Source: Minisyncoccota bacterium (GTDB lineage Bacteria; Patescibacteriota; Patescibacteriia; SG8-24; DYFX01). Taken from it: DNA of 64,000 bases. Position 1 is the first letter of the stretch. Every line of letters starts with the position of its first letter. Of this stretch, positions 27,504-38,209 are shown piece by piece. The stretch spans positions 1,555 to 65,554 of the forward strand of contig JBPOIQ010000002.1 of assembly GCA_052034355.1 (NCBI GenBank), given 5' to 3'. The position numbers and the translations under genes were made by a program. The notes below the pieces were generated by a model, which was given only the letters and a program-made list of their open reading frames with translations, searched no databases and was not told the DNA's origin.

Positions 27504-28781
27504 ATGATCAAACATCTTCAGGCCGTTCTCGCGTTTTTGGCGCGCACGACGCTCGCCAGGTACGCGCCCAAGATCGTCGCCGTGGCCGGTTCGGTTGGGA
27601 AAACATCGACGACGCGCGCCGTGACCGCGACCTTGGCCCGCTCGTTTTCCACGCGGGGGAGCGTGAAGAATCACAACAACGAAATTGGCGTGCCGCTCAC
27701 GATTCTCGGCGAGCCGAAGTCGGGCGGACGCTCGCCGTTCGCTTGGGCCGCGATTCTGTGGCGCGGTTTCCGGCTTGCGTTTGGACCGGCGCGGCCGTAT
27801 CCGAGCGTTTTGGTTCTTGAAATGGCGACCGATCATCCGGGGGACTTGGCGTACCTCGCTTCGATCGCGCCGCCCGACGTCTCCGTGCTGACCGCAATCG
27901 CCGAAGAGCATACGGAATTTTTGGGAGACTTGGATGGCGTGGCGAAAGAAGAGGGGACGATCGTGCGCGCGCTTGGCGAGCAGGGAACGGCTGTCTTGAA
28001 CGGGGATGACCCGCGCGTCGCTGCACTGCGGCAAGAATCGTCTCAAGCGATGCTCTTCGGTTTTGGCGAGGCGGCGCATGTGCGCGCCGAACGCGTTCAG
28101 CCGGAGCTTGCACTCGGTACCGTGTTCACGCGCTTCGATTTGGTAATCGGTGGACATCGGTATCCCGTCAATCTTCCGAATGCCCTCGGCGACGGCAATG
28201 TGTATGCCGCGCTCGCGGCTGCGTCGGTCGCACTCGCGTTTCATGTCGATCCGGCGGTCATTCCGTACGGACTCGCCGAGTATCAGCCGCCGCCGGGACG
28301 CTTGCGCGTTTTGCCGGGCATCAAAGAGACGATGTTGGTTGACGATACCTACAACTCTTCACCGCGCGCGGCTGAACTCGCGCTCGCGACGTTTCAGCGC
28401 CTGCCGCTTCGTTCCGGCGGGCGGCGCATTGCCGTTCTCGGCGACATGCTTGAACTCGGAATGTTGACGGAATCGGCGCACGAGCGCATTGGTCGGTTGG
28501 CGGCTGCTTCCGGCGTCGAGTGGTTAATCGGCGTCGGATCCGCTTCCGCGATGTTGTGTCGTGCCGCGCGTGATGTGGGAATGGCTGAGGAACGGGTGTT
28601 TCATTTTCCGAATGCGCAGGAGGCCGGTCGTTTTTTGCAGGAACGGGTAGGCCAAGGAGACATGCTTTTGATAAAAGGCTCACAAGGCGTTCGTTTGGAA
28701 AAAATCGTCAAAGAATTGATGGCGGAGCCGGAGCGGGCGGAAGAGCTCCTGGTACGACAATCCAAGGATTGGCTGAACTAA
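27504..28781 (+). CDS. murF: UDP-MurNAc-tripeptide D-Ala-D-Ala ligase
   Basis: GSVGKT, N.NNEIGVPLT, DDTYNSSP, LGDMLELG, KGSQG. Confidence 0.93.
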   Translation: MIKHLQAVLAFLARTTLARYAPKIVAVAGSVGKTSTTRAVTATLARSFSTRGSVKNHNNEIGVPLTILGEPKSGGRSPFAWAAILWRGFRLAFGPARPYPSVLVLEMATDHPGDLAYLASIAPPDVSVLTAIAEEHTEFLGDLDGVAKEEGTIVRALGEQGTAVLNGDDPRVAALRQESSQAMLFGFGEAAHVRAERVQPELALGTVFTRFDLVIGGHRYPVNLPNALGDGNVYAALAAASVALAFHVDPAVIPYGLAEYQPPPGRLRVLPGIKETMLVDDTYNSSPRAAELALATFQRLPLRSGGRRIAVLGDMLELGMLTESAHERIGRLAAASGVEWLIGVGSASAMLCRAARDVGMAEERVFHFPNAQEAGRFLQERVGQGDMLLIKGSQGVRLEKIVKELMAEPERAEELLVRQSKDWLN

Positions 28782-28801
28782 GCGAAAAAAGCCAGCGCCT
28801 C

Positions 28802-28830
28802 TTGACAGAATCGGCTTTTTGGGCTAAATT
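28802..28830 (+). promoter_or_regulatory. sigma70-type promoter of kinase gene
   Basis: TTGACA-17 nt-TAAATT. Confidence 0.7.
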
Positions 28831-28919
28831 CAGCCGTTTCCTGGGCGTTCGCCTCTGGAATGTCCTTTGACCAAACTGGTCACCAAACACACAGCCTACC
28901 TCGAGAAAAGGAGGTCCCC

Positions 28920-30497
28920 TTGGCCAAGCTCTCTGATACCGACCGCGAGTTGGGCGAGAAGCTCACTCGTGGGCGACGGGGGGCGGACATCGCTCCGCCG
29001 TCACAGCGAAAGATCGGCAAGTACGAGATCGCGCGGAAGCTCGGCTCCGGTGGTATGGGGGACGTGTTCCTCGCCATCGATCCGGATCTCGGGCGTGAGG
29101 TCGCCATCAAGGTGATCAATCTCCCGATCTCCATCTCCACGCCGGAGGCGATGCGCACGCTGAGCGATCGTTTTCGTCTCGAAGCGCGATCGGCCGCCAA
29201 GGTCGCACATCCCAACGTGGTGACGATCTACGAGTTCTCCGAGATGGCAGGCAAGCACCTGCTCGTCATGGAGTACATCCACGGTCGTACCCTCAAGGAG
29301 TTGATCGAGGGTGGCAAGGCGTTGCCCCCGGTGCAAGCCGCGCGCCTCGCGATTGATGTCTTGGATGGACTCGCCGCTATTCACAAGGCGGGCATGATCC
29401 ACCGCGACGTGAAGCCGATGAACCTCATGCTGACCTCCCAAGGTCGCGTGAAGATTCTCGACTTCGGACTCGTGAAGGACACTTTGCAACCCAGCGACCT
29501 GACCCAAGTGGGCATCGTCGCCGGTTCGCCGTCCTACATGGCGCCCGAACAGACCGGTCTTGTCACGGGCAAGGTTGATGCGCGGTCGGATCTCTACGCA
29601 CTTGGCGTCGTGCTCTTCCAGCTTCTCACGGGTCATCTGCCGTTCAGTGGCAACAACCTGATCGAGACTCTGAGACAGCATTGCCAGGTGCCGGTTCCGC
29701 CCGTCGCGACTCCCTGGGGTCCGGCTCCATTCGAGATGGTCGAGATCGTCCGCAAGGCGATGTCGAAAAAGCCCGATGAACGGTTCGCCTCGGCCGAGGA
29801 TATGCGAGAAGCACTTCTGCGGTTCACCGAGTCGAAACCGGCGATCAGCGGCTTGTCGAAGACGCTGCCGGCTCATGAAGCCACGCCTCCGGCGGTGTCG
29901 CGCACGATGACGCCTTCGGGTGTCGGGACGCCTCGTCGCCTTGCGCCGGTCGCGGCCAATGCGACGTCGAGCCAACGCCCGCGTTCCCCAAGCGTTCCAC
30001 CGCCGATCCCGGCCCGTGCTCCCAAGCCGAGCGTTCCGCCGCCCAGCCCTCCTGCGATGCCTGTCCAGGCCTCAAAGAGGAGCTGGTCGTGGACACTGCT
30101 CGGCTTCGTCTCGGCGATCGGGTTTCTCGTCGTCTGGCTGTACGTCACCGGGCGTACCCCGTGGAGCGCACGCGCTTCTCAGGCACGCATGGGGCTTGCG
30201 GGTTCGGCGGCTGCTACTTTGGCGCCCGACGCGTCCGTGCCTGTTGTCGTGCCGACGGCCGATGATGGGTGCAAGGCGTACGAAGAGATGAAGCTCGGTC
30301 GCGCGATCGAGATTCTGAAGCCGCTCGATGTCGGCGCGCTGAGTGCCGAGCAGCTCTTCTGCCTCTGCGCTTCCGAGCACGCGCTCGGACACGCCGATGA
30401 ACAGAAGGACTGTCGGCTCTACCTGAAACATCCCCTCCGCGATCGCGGCAAGGCGCGACAGGTCGAGCACTGGCTCTCCAAGCCCGGCACGCACTAG
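28920..30497 (+). CDS. Hanks-type Ser/Thr protein kinase with Pro-rich linker, TM helix and Cys-rich extracellular tail
   Basis: LGSGGMG.V, VAIK, HRDVKP.N, DFG, G.P.YMAPEQ, D.RSDLY; TTG start after AAGGAGGT (alternative ATG at 28860). Confidence 0.93.
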   Translation: MAKLSDTDRELGEKLTRGRRGADIAPPSQRKIGKYEIARKLGSGGMGDVFLAIDPDLGREVAIKVINLPISISTPEAMRTLSDRFRLEARSAAKVAHPNVVTIYEFSEMAGKHLLVMEYIHGRTLKELIEGGKALPPVQAARLAIDVLDGLAAIHKAGMIHRDVKPMNLMLTSQGRVKILDFGLVKDTLQPSDLTQVGIVAGSPSYMAPEQTGLVTGKVDARSDLYALGVVLFQLLTGHLPFSGNNLIETLRQHCQVPVPPVATPWGPAPFEMVEIVRKAMSKKPDERFASAEDMREALLRFTESKPAISGLSKTLPAHEATPPAVSRTMTPSGVGTPRRLAPVAANATSSQRPRSPSVPPPIPARAPKPSVPPPSPPAMPVQASKRSWSWTLLGFVSAIGFLVVWLYVTGRTPWSARASQARMGLAGSAAATLAPDASVPVVVPTADDGCKAYEEMKLGRAIEILKPLDVGALSAEQLFCLCASEHALGHADEQKDCRLYLKHPLRDRGKARQVEHWLSKPGTH

Positions 30498-30594
30498 CAC
30501 ATTTCTCTGAGAGGTACGCCACGCGTGCCTCTTTTCTTATTGACAAAAATGTTTTTTTCGGGGAATGTGGCGGTTGCCAGACAAGGAGTCTGCG

Positions 30595-31263
30595 ATGTTC
30601 TTTTCAATTCCTGTCGTTATCATGTTCTTCGCATGGGCGCTCGTGTCCGCATCTCTCGAAGTTCATATCGAGGGCGCGCACGGTTGGGCGAGGAATTTGC
30701 CGACGTGGCGCCGCACCCATGGCGGACCAGCCTTTCGCGTCGCGCAAGTCGTATTCATGGGCGGACGTCCCGTCACCGGGTACCATCTCAACATGTTCTC
30801 GCTGCAGCTCGTGGCGCTGCATCTCTGCTACGCGCAAGGCGTACCGATCACCTGGAGAAACGAATGGGCGATCTTGTCTATCTTTTTCCTGGTCTGCCCG
30901 ACGTGGGACTTCCTGTGGTTCGTCTTGAATCCGGCCTACGGCACGAAGAAGTTCACGAAGGAACACGTCGACTGGCATGGCGGTCGTCCGTGGCTGTTCG
31001 GCAAATTCCCCGTGGATTATGCCGTAGGCGCGCTTCTGTCGCTCGTGTTCGCGGTGCTTGCCGCCGAGCCGCAGAAAGATCCTCTGAACCTGATCAACAT
31101 GGCAGGAGGATATTTCACCTGGGCGCTGCTTACGTATCTCACGAAAGACCTTGTCGGCCCGTGGTATCGCCGCCGCCGCGTGCGTCTTCTTGCGGGCAAC
31201 GATCAGCCGATCATTGAAGTCAACATGGATAGCGATAAGGTGGACTCATCCGACGAAGGATGA
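30595..31263 (+). CDS. integral membrane protein of unknown function (SD-led)
   Basis: AAGGAG SD; several TM segments; E.EG..GWA..LPTW and DFLWFVLNP segments. Confidence 0.7.
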   Translation: MFFSIPVVIMFFAWALVSASLEVHIEGAHGWARNLPTWRRTHGGPAFRVAQVVFMGGRPVTGYHLNMFSLQLVALHLCYAQGVPITWRNEWAILSIFFLVCPTWDFLWFVLNPAYGTKKFTKEHVDWHGGRPWLFGKFPVDYAVGALLSLVFAVLAAEPQKDPLNLINMAGGYFTWALLTYLTKDLVGPWYRRRRVRLLAGNDQPIIEVNMDSDKVDSSDEG

Positions 31264-31503
31264 GTTTTTTGTTCCAGCGAAGGTGCTCCGTATTTTGGAT
31301 GAGTGAGCGTCATAAGGGTAAGAGAAGCGTCGCAACGACCTGGGCTTTTGAAGCTCGTCGTGTTCACCATCGTTTTCTCAGGATGACGAGCGTTGTGTGC
31401 AGCCTGTAATTGTAGAGGTATTTAAAACACGGTACACTGCTCTTCAGCGTGTTGAAAACGTGCTTTTGGTCAATAAAATGGTCGAAATACCTCACTGGAC
31501 ATT

Positions 31504-34338
31504 ATGAGTAAAAACAAGTTTGAGAAATCGATAAGTTCGGACGAGCATATCCAGTCTGACCTGCAAGATGCTGGGATAAGCCGTCCAGACGAATGGAAGG
31601 AGGCGACGGATGTAGAAATAAAAGGGATGGAATTTGCGGGTGATGAGCTTTTTGAGGAGAGACGGGCAAATATTGCAGATATGATGGCACGTATCGTTGA
31701 GGGTGATCTTCAGTCAGGCGAAATCATCCGCGCTTCTCCTAATTTCCAGCGCGAGATTGCGACACAGTTCATCGAGAATTATCGGGGGTATGAAGTCGCC
31801 AAACATCTCGAAGTGTTCCCATGCCTCGACCACGGACAGCTAGCCCAGCGGCTCATTGCTGCCGGTCAAGGCGGCGTTGTCGCACGGTATCTCGACAAGT
31901 TCCAAGTCTCCGACCAGTCCATTGCCTGGCAGCTCATTGATGCTGGTTTTAGTAGGGAAGTCACTCAGCATCTCGACAAGTTCGACAACCTCAATCTTGC
32001 GCAGCTCGTCCTGCGGCTCATCGCTGAAAACAGTGCTGAGGATGATGATCACCGCCTAGACCTGCACCTCGACAATTTCCCGGGCCTCGACCGCCTGCAG
32101 CTAGCCCAGATGCTCATTGTTGACAGAAACGGCTGGTACGTTGTCCGACATCTCGACGAATTCCCAAGCCTCGACCACGGACAGCTCGCCCAGCAGCTCT
32201 TTGCTGCCGGAGAAGGTGCTGTTGTCGCCGGATACCTCGACAAGTTCCAAGGCCTCGGTCGTGAAAAGCTTGTCGAGCTCTTCCTGCTCGACTTGCCAGA
32301 AGGAATGCGTACGTCCGTCGCACCGTATTTCGGAGACTGGTTCGATGGTACGCGCCCAACCTTCGCGAATTTTTTCGCACAACTGAAAAAAATGGACGCT
32401 CTTGTTACAGAGCGTCCGGAGCTCGTGAAGGACCTCCTCGACCCCGCCATCAAAGCCCAGGGTATCGGAGCTTTTCGCGTCCTTGAATCCATCACTACAC
32501 TAGCCCAAGCTGGAGCCGTCGCTTCGCGCGAAGACAGCGCCATCCTCGCCCATATCGTAACCACCAAAGGTGTGCGTGCCAATGATGGCCTTCTTTTCCT
32601 CGTGGGTGGTCTTCGTGGTTCCGAAGGCGGCGGGTTTGTAGACGAAGAAGGGCAAGACATCGGTTGGCAGGCAGATCAGGCCTTTGCGGCGTCAAAAGAA
32701 TCGAGCAAACCTTTTTTCAAGACGCCTCTTTCTCAGAATCCCCACCTCGGCTCTTTCCTCGATTCCGGCATGCCCTTGATTGACACACTGTATAAAAAGC
32801 ATGAGGCAGTCATGACAGACGCCTCGCTCAATCCTACCGAAAGGAATCAAGCCCTGTCCGCGCTTCAAGAGCACATTCGCGTGTTGATCGAGCGAGTACG
32901 TGATGGCAAGATCGAAGAGGCTGATCTCCGCGACGACTCTTTCGTTGGCATCGTCTACCACGTCTTCCCGCCCGCCACGACGCTCGACCGCGGACAATAC
33001 CGGAACTTGCTTTCGTGTCGCCAAGACCGCAGTGCTGATCTGCCGGAAGCCTGGGGCTCGCTCAACGAGGCCTCCGAAGCGCGTCTTGAAGTCGCTCGCG
33101 GCGCCTGGGTTCTTAGGGAAGGTGAGCGAACGGACACGAACGCCTGGCGGTCATTGTCCGAAGCCATTCGCGACGTGAACACGAAGCCAATTGATCAGTG
33201 GAATGATGCTGCCGCGGCTCTCTCAGGCAAACGCCTCGTAGAGGCGCTTGGGAATCAGAAGGCTATGAACAAGGATCGCACCGACCTCCTCAAGGCGATC
33301 TACGCCTTCCACCGCTCAGCCAACGGCGCGACGCTCACGACCGACACATCCTCGCGGGAAGGGCTTCTCGAGATCAAGGAATACGCCGGCGATCGCATGA
33401 AGGATACCATTGACCTCCTTCTCAAGGCCTATGCCAACGCAGACCCGTCCGGTTACGAAAAAACTGTAAAAGAAGCGACGACGGTTTCCATTCAGGAGAA
33501 AGCCAAGAAGGGTATCTTCAAGCAGTTGCTGAACATCCTGGGTACGCTCTCTATGGACGCTGAAGAGACCAACATTCGCTTCAAAGCGGTCCTCGACCGC
33601 TATGGGATCCATGTGGAGGGCGACGCGCTTTCGGAGGTTCTCAAGGTTGTCGAAGGCATTCCCAACAATGACGACACAGCGCAAAGGAAAGCCGTCGAAC
33701 AATTCCTGAAAGGTCTTCTCGATGGCGCAGCGATGAGCCGCAACGCCGGCAAACTCTCCGTCGATATCACGAACCGTCTCATCGGCGACGACTACGCATC
33801 CATGCAGGAGGAGATGGGCCGGTATGAGTTTCAAGAGGACGCCGAGGGTAGCAAAGGCGACATCTTCCACTTAGAAGTCTCGAAGAAACGCGCCCACGCC
33901 GTCGCTGGCCTCAACATGGGTGTCTGCGTGGCTGTTGATGAGCAACTTTGGCAGAAGGAAACCTTTTCGAACGTCATCCTGTGGGATGCCGAAGGCACTG
34001 CTCGTGGTGGTATGCATTTCGAGATCGTCGAGGACGACAACAAGACTTATTTATCCCTGCCGGGCATCAACCCGTCGGGTTCCGCTATTGGCCAAGCTGG
34101 AGCCGAGAAGCTCTTCGATGGCATGCTTTCGTATGCCAAGGAAGCCGCACGCCGCATCGGAGCGGAGGCCGTCCTGATTCCGACTGCTTCGGTCATCCAC
34201 TCGAATCGTGCCGAGATGCAGTCCGTGCTTGCCTCGAAAGGGTACAAGACCCTCTCGCTTAAAAAAGGATCGCATGAGTTCTCATACGCGCCGCATCACT
34301 ACTCATGGAACGATGCATTCGTCGTTGAATTGGAGTGA
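31504..34338 (+). CDS. large hypothetical protein, 944 aa, with N-terminal ~28-aa helical repeats
   Basis: Uninterrupted ORF; repeat (H/Y)LD.F..L...QLA..LI; upstream TTGAAA-16-TAAAAT. Confidence 0.85.
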   Translation: MSKNKFEKSISSDEHIQSDLQDAGISRPDEWKEATDVEIKGMEFAGDELFEERRANIADMMARIVEGDLQSGEIIRASPNFQREIATQFIENYRGYEVAKHLEVFPCLDHGQLAQRLIAAGQGGVVARYLDKFQVSDQSIAWQLIDAGFSREVTQHLDKFDNLNLAQLVLRLIAENSAEDDDHRLDLHLDNFPGLDRLQLAQMLIVDRNGWYVVRHLDEFPSLDHGQLAQQLFAAGEGAVVAGYLDKFQGLGREKLVELFLLDLPEGMRTSVAPYFGDWFDGTRPTFANFFAQLKKMDALVTERPELVKDLLDPAIKAQGIGAFRVLESITTLAQAGAVASREDSAILAHIVTTKGVRANDGLLFLVGGLRGSEGGGFVDEEGQDIGWQADQAFAASKESSKPFFKTPLSQNPHLGSFLDSGMPLIDTLYKKHEAVMTDASLNPTERNQALSALQEHIRVLIERVRDGKIEEADLRDDSFVGIVYHVFPPATTLDRGQYRNLLSCRQDRSADLPEAWGSLNEASEARLEVARGAWVLREGERTDTNAWRSLSEAIRDVNTKPIDQWNDAAAALSGKRLVEALGNQKAMNKDRTDLLKAIYAFHRSANGATLTTDTSSREGLLEIKEYAGDRMKDTIDLLLKAYANADPSGYEKTVKEATTVSIQEKAKKGIFKQLLNILGTLSMDAEETNIRFKAVLDRYGIHVEGDALSEVLKVVEGIPNNDDTAQRKAVEQFLKGLLDGAAMSRNAGKLSVDITNRLIGDDYASMQEEMGRYEFQEDAEGSKGDIFHLEVSKKRAHAVAGLNMGVCVAVDEQLWQKETFSNVILWDAEGTARGGMHFEIVEDDNKTYLSLPGINPSGSAIGQAGAEKLFDGMLSYAKEAARRIGAEAVLIPTASVIHSNRAEMQSVLASKGYKTLSLKKGSHEFSYAPHHYSWNDAFVVELE

Positions 34339-34392
34339 GTGTACCGGCGGATGGATGTGATAGTCGGAAAAGAAAAAACCGACAATGTCGGT

Positions 34393-35208
34393 TTAGGGAG
34401 TCATATCGGGTGTGGGGATCGAAGATCGCTGCGCGGCGAGCGCGAGCAGCTCGTCGTTGGTAAGACGCTTGCGCGCGATCGACTTCCAGCCCGTGTCTTG
34501 CACGGAAGCGCTTTCGTGGACGCGCACGCGGCGCATCCAGTCGAACGTCGCTGAGAGTGCGTTGGTGTCGGGGTCACGGCGGCTGTAATGAAACAGCTCG
34601 CAGTTCCAGATCCGGTGCTCAGGCGCTCTTGAGCGATACATGGCCTCGAATTCGTCCTTCGAGAGGTGCTCGAAGATCGTACGGATCGCCCAGAGCGCTT
34701 CGCGGTGCGTGATGCAGAGCATCGTACCTTCTTCGTGTCGTAGGCCGCTCAGCATGAACCGGATCCGCTTGGCGACATCCCGGATGCTTTCGCCTTCGGG
34801 TGGCACCCACGTGTACGGGGCATCGAGCTGTGCCTGCTCGTGCAAGCGCCATTCAGAAATGCCTTCCTGCGTTTCCGGCAACGCGACCGTTCCGAGACTG
34901 CGCTCCACGAGATGCGGTTCGATGATCCATTCGGCGTCCGGAAGTTGGAGGCAGCCAGAGGTTTCGGCCGTACGGGGGAGTGGCGACGTGCGATAGTGAT
35001 CGATGTGGAAGCCCAGAGCATTCCTCAGCCAGTCGCCGAGCAAACGGGCCTGGTTTCGACCGTGGTCAATGAGCGGGACGTGATCCGGGTGCCGACCAGC
35101 CAGCAGGCGCCGAGCCTCTTCAGGTCTTCCTTGCTTCATGATCTGCGTCGCGAGGTTCGCGACGGATTTTCCGTGGCGTCCGAAAAGAATGTCGGTGAGT
35201 GCGAGCAT
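34393..35208 (-). CDS. histidine phosphatase (phosphoglycerate mutase) family protein
   Basis: RHG, SPL.R..ET, L.ER..G, PPEGES, TH; GGGAGG SD. Confidence 0.88.
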   Translation of the reverse strand: MLALTDILFGRHGKSVANLATQIMKQGRPEEARRLLAGRHPDHVPLIDHGRNQARLLGDWLRNALGFHIDHYRTSPLPRTAETSGCLQLPDAEWIIEPHLVERSLGTVALPETQEGISEWRLHEQAQLDAPYTWVPPEGESIRDVAKRIRFMLSGLRHEEGTMLCITHREALWAIRTIFEHLSKDEFEAMYRSRAPEHRIWNCELFHYSRRDPDTNALSATFDWMRRVRVHESASVQDTGWKSIARKRLTNDELLALAAQRSSIPTPDMTP

Positions 35209-35298
35209 CGGTTCCTCCCAGCTTTTCCTATTATGGCAGCCACAAACGGACAAGATCGATGGGCAGGGTCATGAGCGTTCTCCTCGCCGGCTGTTTAA

Positions 35299-35333
35299 CA
35301 AAAAAAGCCCCCACCGTCAAGGTGAGGGCTTTT
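35299..35333 (-). terminator. terminator after tRNA-Glu
   Basis: AAAAGCCC.CACC/GGTG.GGGCTTTT hairpin with A7 on + strand. Confidence 0.7.
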
Positions 35334-35412
35334 TGGTACCGCGTAGGGGATTCGAACCCCTGATTTTCGCCGTGAGAAGGCGACGTCCTGGACCGGGCTA
35401 GACGAACGCGGC
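35334..35412 (-). tRNA. tRNA-Glu(CTC)
   Basis: GCCGCGT/ACGCGGT acceptor, TCGCC-TTCTCAC-GGCGA anticodon arm, GGTTCGAATCC, encoded CCA. Confidence 0.96.
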
Positions 35413-35494
35413 GGGCGCTTAGGAAGATAGCACGCAAGTGGAAGGCTGTCCAGTGATGTGCTATATTCCTAAGGATTTAATTTCAACGTTTTTT

Positions 35495-35971
35495 ATGTTT
35501 CACAAGCTCATGCACAATCCGCTCATGATGCACCTGCGAAAGCCTTGCAACGCCGATGTGGCCAAGCTTCTTTTGCGCGTTGCGGTCGGCGCGATTTTTG
35601 TCTTCCATGGAAAGATGAAGCTCTTCGGCGGATTGGCCATGACGGCCGGTTTCTTCGGCAAAATTGGCGTGCCGATGCCTGCGCTCATGGCGCCGTTCAT
35701 CGGCGGCGTCGAGTTCTTCGGCGGCATTCTCCTGATTCTCGGCTTGGCCGTGCGCCCTGTCGCGCTCTTGCATGCCGCGACGATGGTTGTTGCCATCTTG
35801 GCCGCCAAGGGTCTCTCCTCCTGGGCCAAGATCGAGTTCGAAGTGGTCCTCTTGGCCGCATCTCTCAATCTCTTTTTCTCCGGCGCCGGCGCCTACGGTC
35901 TCGATGCGCTGCTCATGAAGAAAAGCGCGAGCGAGCACGATGCCGCCATGCCGATGGCACCCAAGGCCTAA
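35495..35971 (+). CDS. DoxX family membrane protein
   Basis: LLR...G.IF..HG..K, E..GG.L..LGL..R, GAG.YGLD. Confidence 0.9.
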   Translation: MFHKLMHNPLMMHLRKPCNADVAKLLLRVAVGAIFVFHGKMKLFGGLAMTAGFFGKIGVPMPALMAPFIGGVEFFGGILLILGLAVRPVALLHAATMVVAILAAKGLSSWAKIEFEVVLLAASLNLFFSGAGAYGLDALLMKKSASEHDAAMPMAPKA

Positions 35972-36025
35972 CATTGACGCGAAGCCGAAATGGAGCTACG
36001 CTGGGACATTCCTAGCGTAGCTTTT

Positions 36026-36982
<957 letters not shown>

Positions 36983-36989
36983 GACGTTT

Positions 36990-37652
36990 ATGGTTGACCT
37001 GTGGCGGAGTTTCTTAGTCGCGCCGCTTCTCGATCTCCTCATCTTTTTCTACGAGACGATCGCTTTCGGTAACCTCGGATTGGCGGTTATCGAGATGACG
37101 TTTCTTTTGCGTCTCGCCTTGATTCCTCTCACAATCAAGGCGGAACGGGACGCGGCGCGGTACGAACATCTCGAGGCGCAAGTCGCCGACATCCAAGAGC
37201 GTTTCAAGTACGACGAGGTATTGGCGGGGGAGCACATCCGCGCGTTCCTCAAGGAACACAAAGTGAGCCATTGGGCCAAAGCGATGATTCTGTTTCTGCA
37301 GCTCATCGTCATGATCGTGCTCTACCAGGTGTTTCAGCGCGGCATCTACGGCGGGTTCAATCGCCCGATCAATACCACGTTTTTCGGCGCTGAGCTCGGC
37401 GCGCGCAACTTTTATTGGTCGCTGGCCGTCGGTCTCCTGCTTCTTGTCGAGATCACGTTCGAACAGCGTAAGGTCGCGCACCTGCTGCAGAAGAAGGATG
37501 CCGTCTATCGCTACGCTTTCCCGGCTTTTACCGTCGTGGTATTGTCGATCTTGCCGATGGCCAAGAGCCTGTTTGTCCTGACCTCGATGGTATTTTCTTT
37601 GACCGTCTCTAACCTTCGCCGCGCACTATGGCCGACCGACTCGACCAAATGA
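36990..37652 (+). CDS. YidC/Oxa1-family membrane insertase, short divergent form
   Basis: NLGLAVI..T..LRL.L.PL, coiled hairpin, LQ..V...LYQ; TM pattern. Confidence 0.7.
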   Translation: MVDLWRSFLVAPLLDLLIFFYETIAFGNLGLAVIEMTFLLRLALIPLTIKAERDAARYEHLEAQVADIQERFKYDEVLAGEHIRAFLKEHKVSHWAKAMILFLQLIVMIVLYQVFQRGIYGGFNRPINTTFFGAELGARNFYWSLAVGLLLLVEITFEQRKVAHLLQKKDAVYRYAFPAFTVVVLSILPMAKSLFVLTSMVFSLTVSNLRRALWPTDSTK

Positions 37653-38209
37653 TGTATTCGTTCGTGGTGGAAGATGTCCTCAAAGGGCTCTTCATTCACG
37701 TTCCGCCCGGGTATGTCGCCTGTGTGTACGATTTGGGTCGCGGCGTTTTGAAAAAAGTGATGATGCCGGGGCTGCATCTCAAGATCCCGTTTTGGCAGAA
37801 AGCCAAGCTCTTCAACACGCAAACGCTCGAATATTCGATTTCCAAGGAGTTTGATCCGTCGCATGCCAGGGCATTGGGCGATGAGCCCGTGCTGGCGCAA
37901 ACGGTCGACGGCAAGCGTGTCTCGGTCGAAGGAACGGTGCTGCTTCGTCTCGATATCGAGCAGATTCCGACGATCTGGCAGACGATCGGCGACGACTTCG
38001 TGCAAAAAATCGTCCGGCCGACGATCCGAAGCCGCATGCGCATGATCGCGGCCCGTTTCACGTTCGCCGACGCCATTTCGGCCAAGCGCGACCAGATCGA
38101 AATCGAAACGAAGCAGGAGCTCGAGCGCATCTTCTTCCCGCGCGGCATCCGCGTCGAGAATGTGCTGCTCTCCGAAATTCGCGAAACACACGATGAAGAA
38201 AAACAGTGA
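37649..38209 (+). CDS. SPFH/prohibitin domain protein
   Basis: V.PG, G....PGLH.KIP, T.DG, IVRP.IRS..R, GI.VENVLL..I; ATGA overlap. Confidence 0.85.
   Translation: MMYSFVVEDVLKGLFIHVPPGYVACVYDLGRGVLKKVMMPGLHLKIPFWQKAKLFNTQTLEYSISKEFDPSHARALGDEPVLAQTVDGKRVSVEGTVLLRLDIEQIPTIWQTIGDDFVQKIVRPTIRSRMRMIAARFTFADAISAKRDQIEIETKQELERIFFPRGIRVENVLLSEIRETHDEEKQ

Noticed and set aside
31416-31493. 9-bp inverted repeat GAGGTATTT/AAATACCTC flanking a promoter (possible invertible switch)
   Set aside because: Too short to exceed chance and no invertase in the window
28802-35333. Possible genomic island at the 3' end of tRNA-Glu
   Set aside because: No integrase and no duplicated tRNA 3' end found; genes are treated individually
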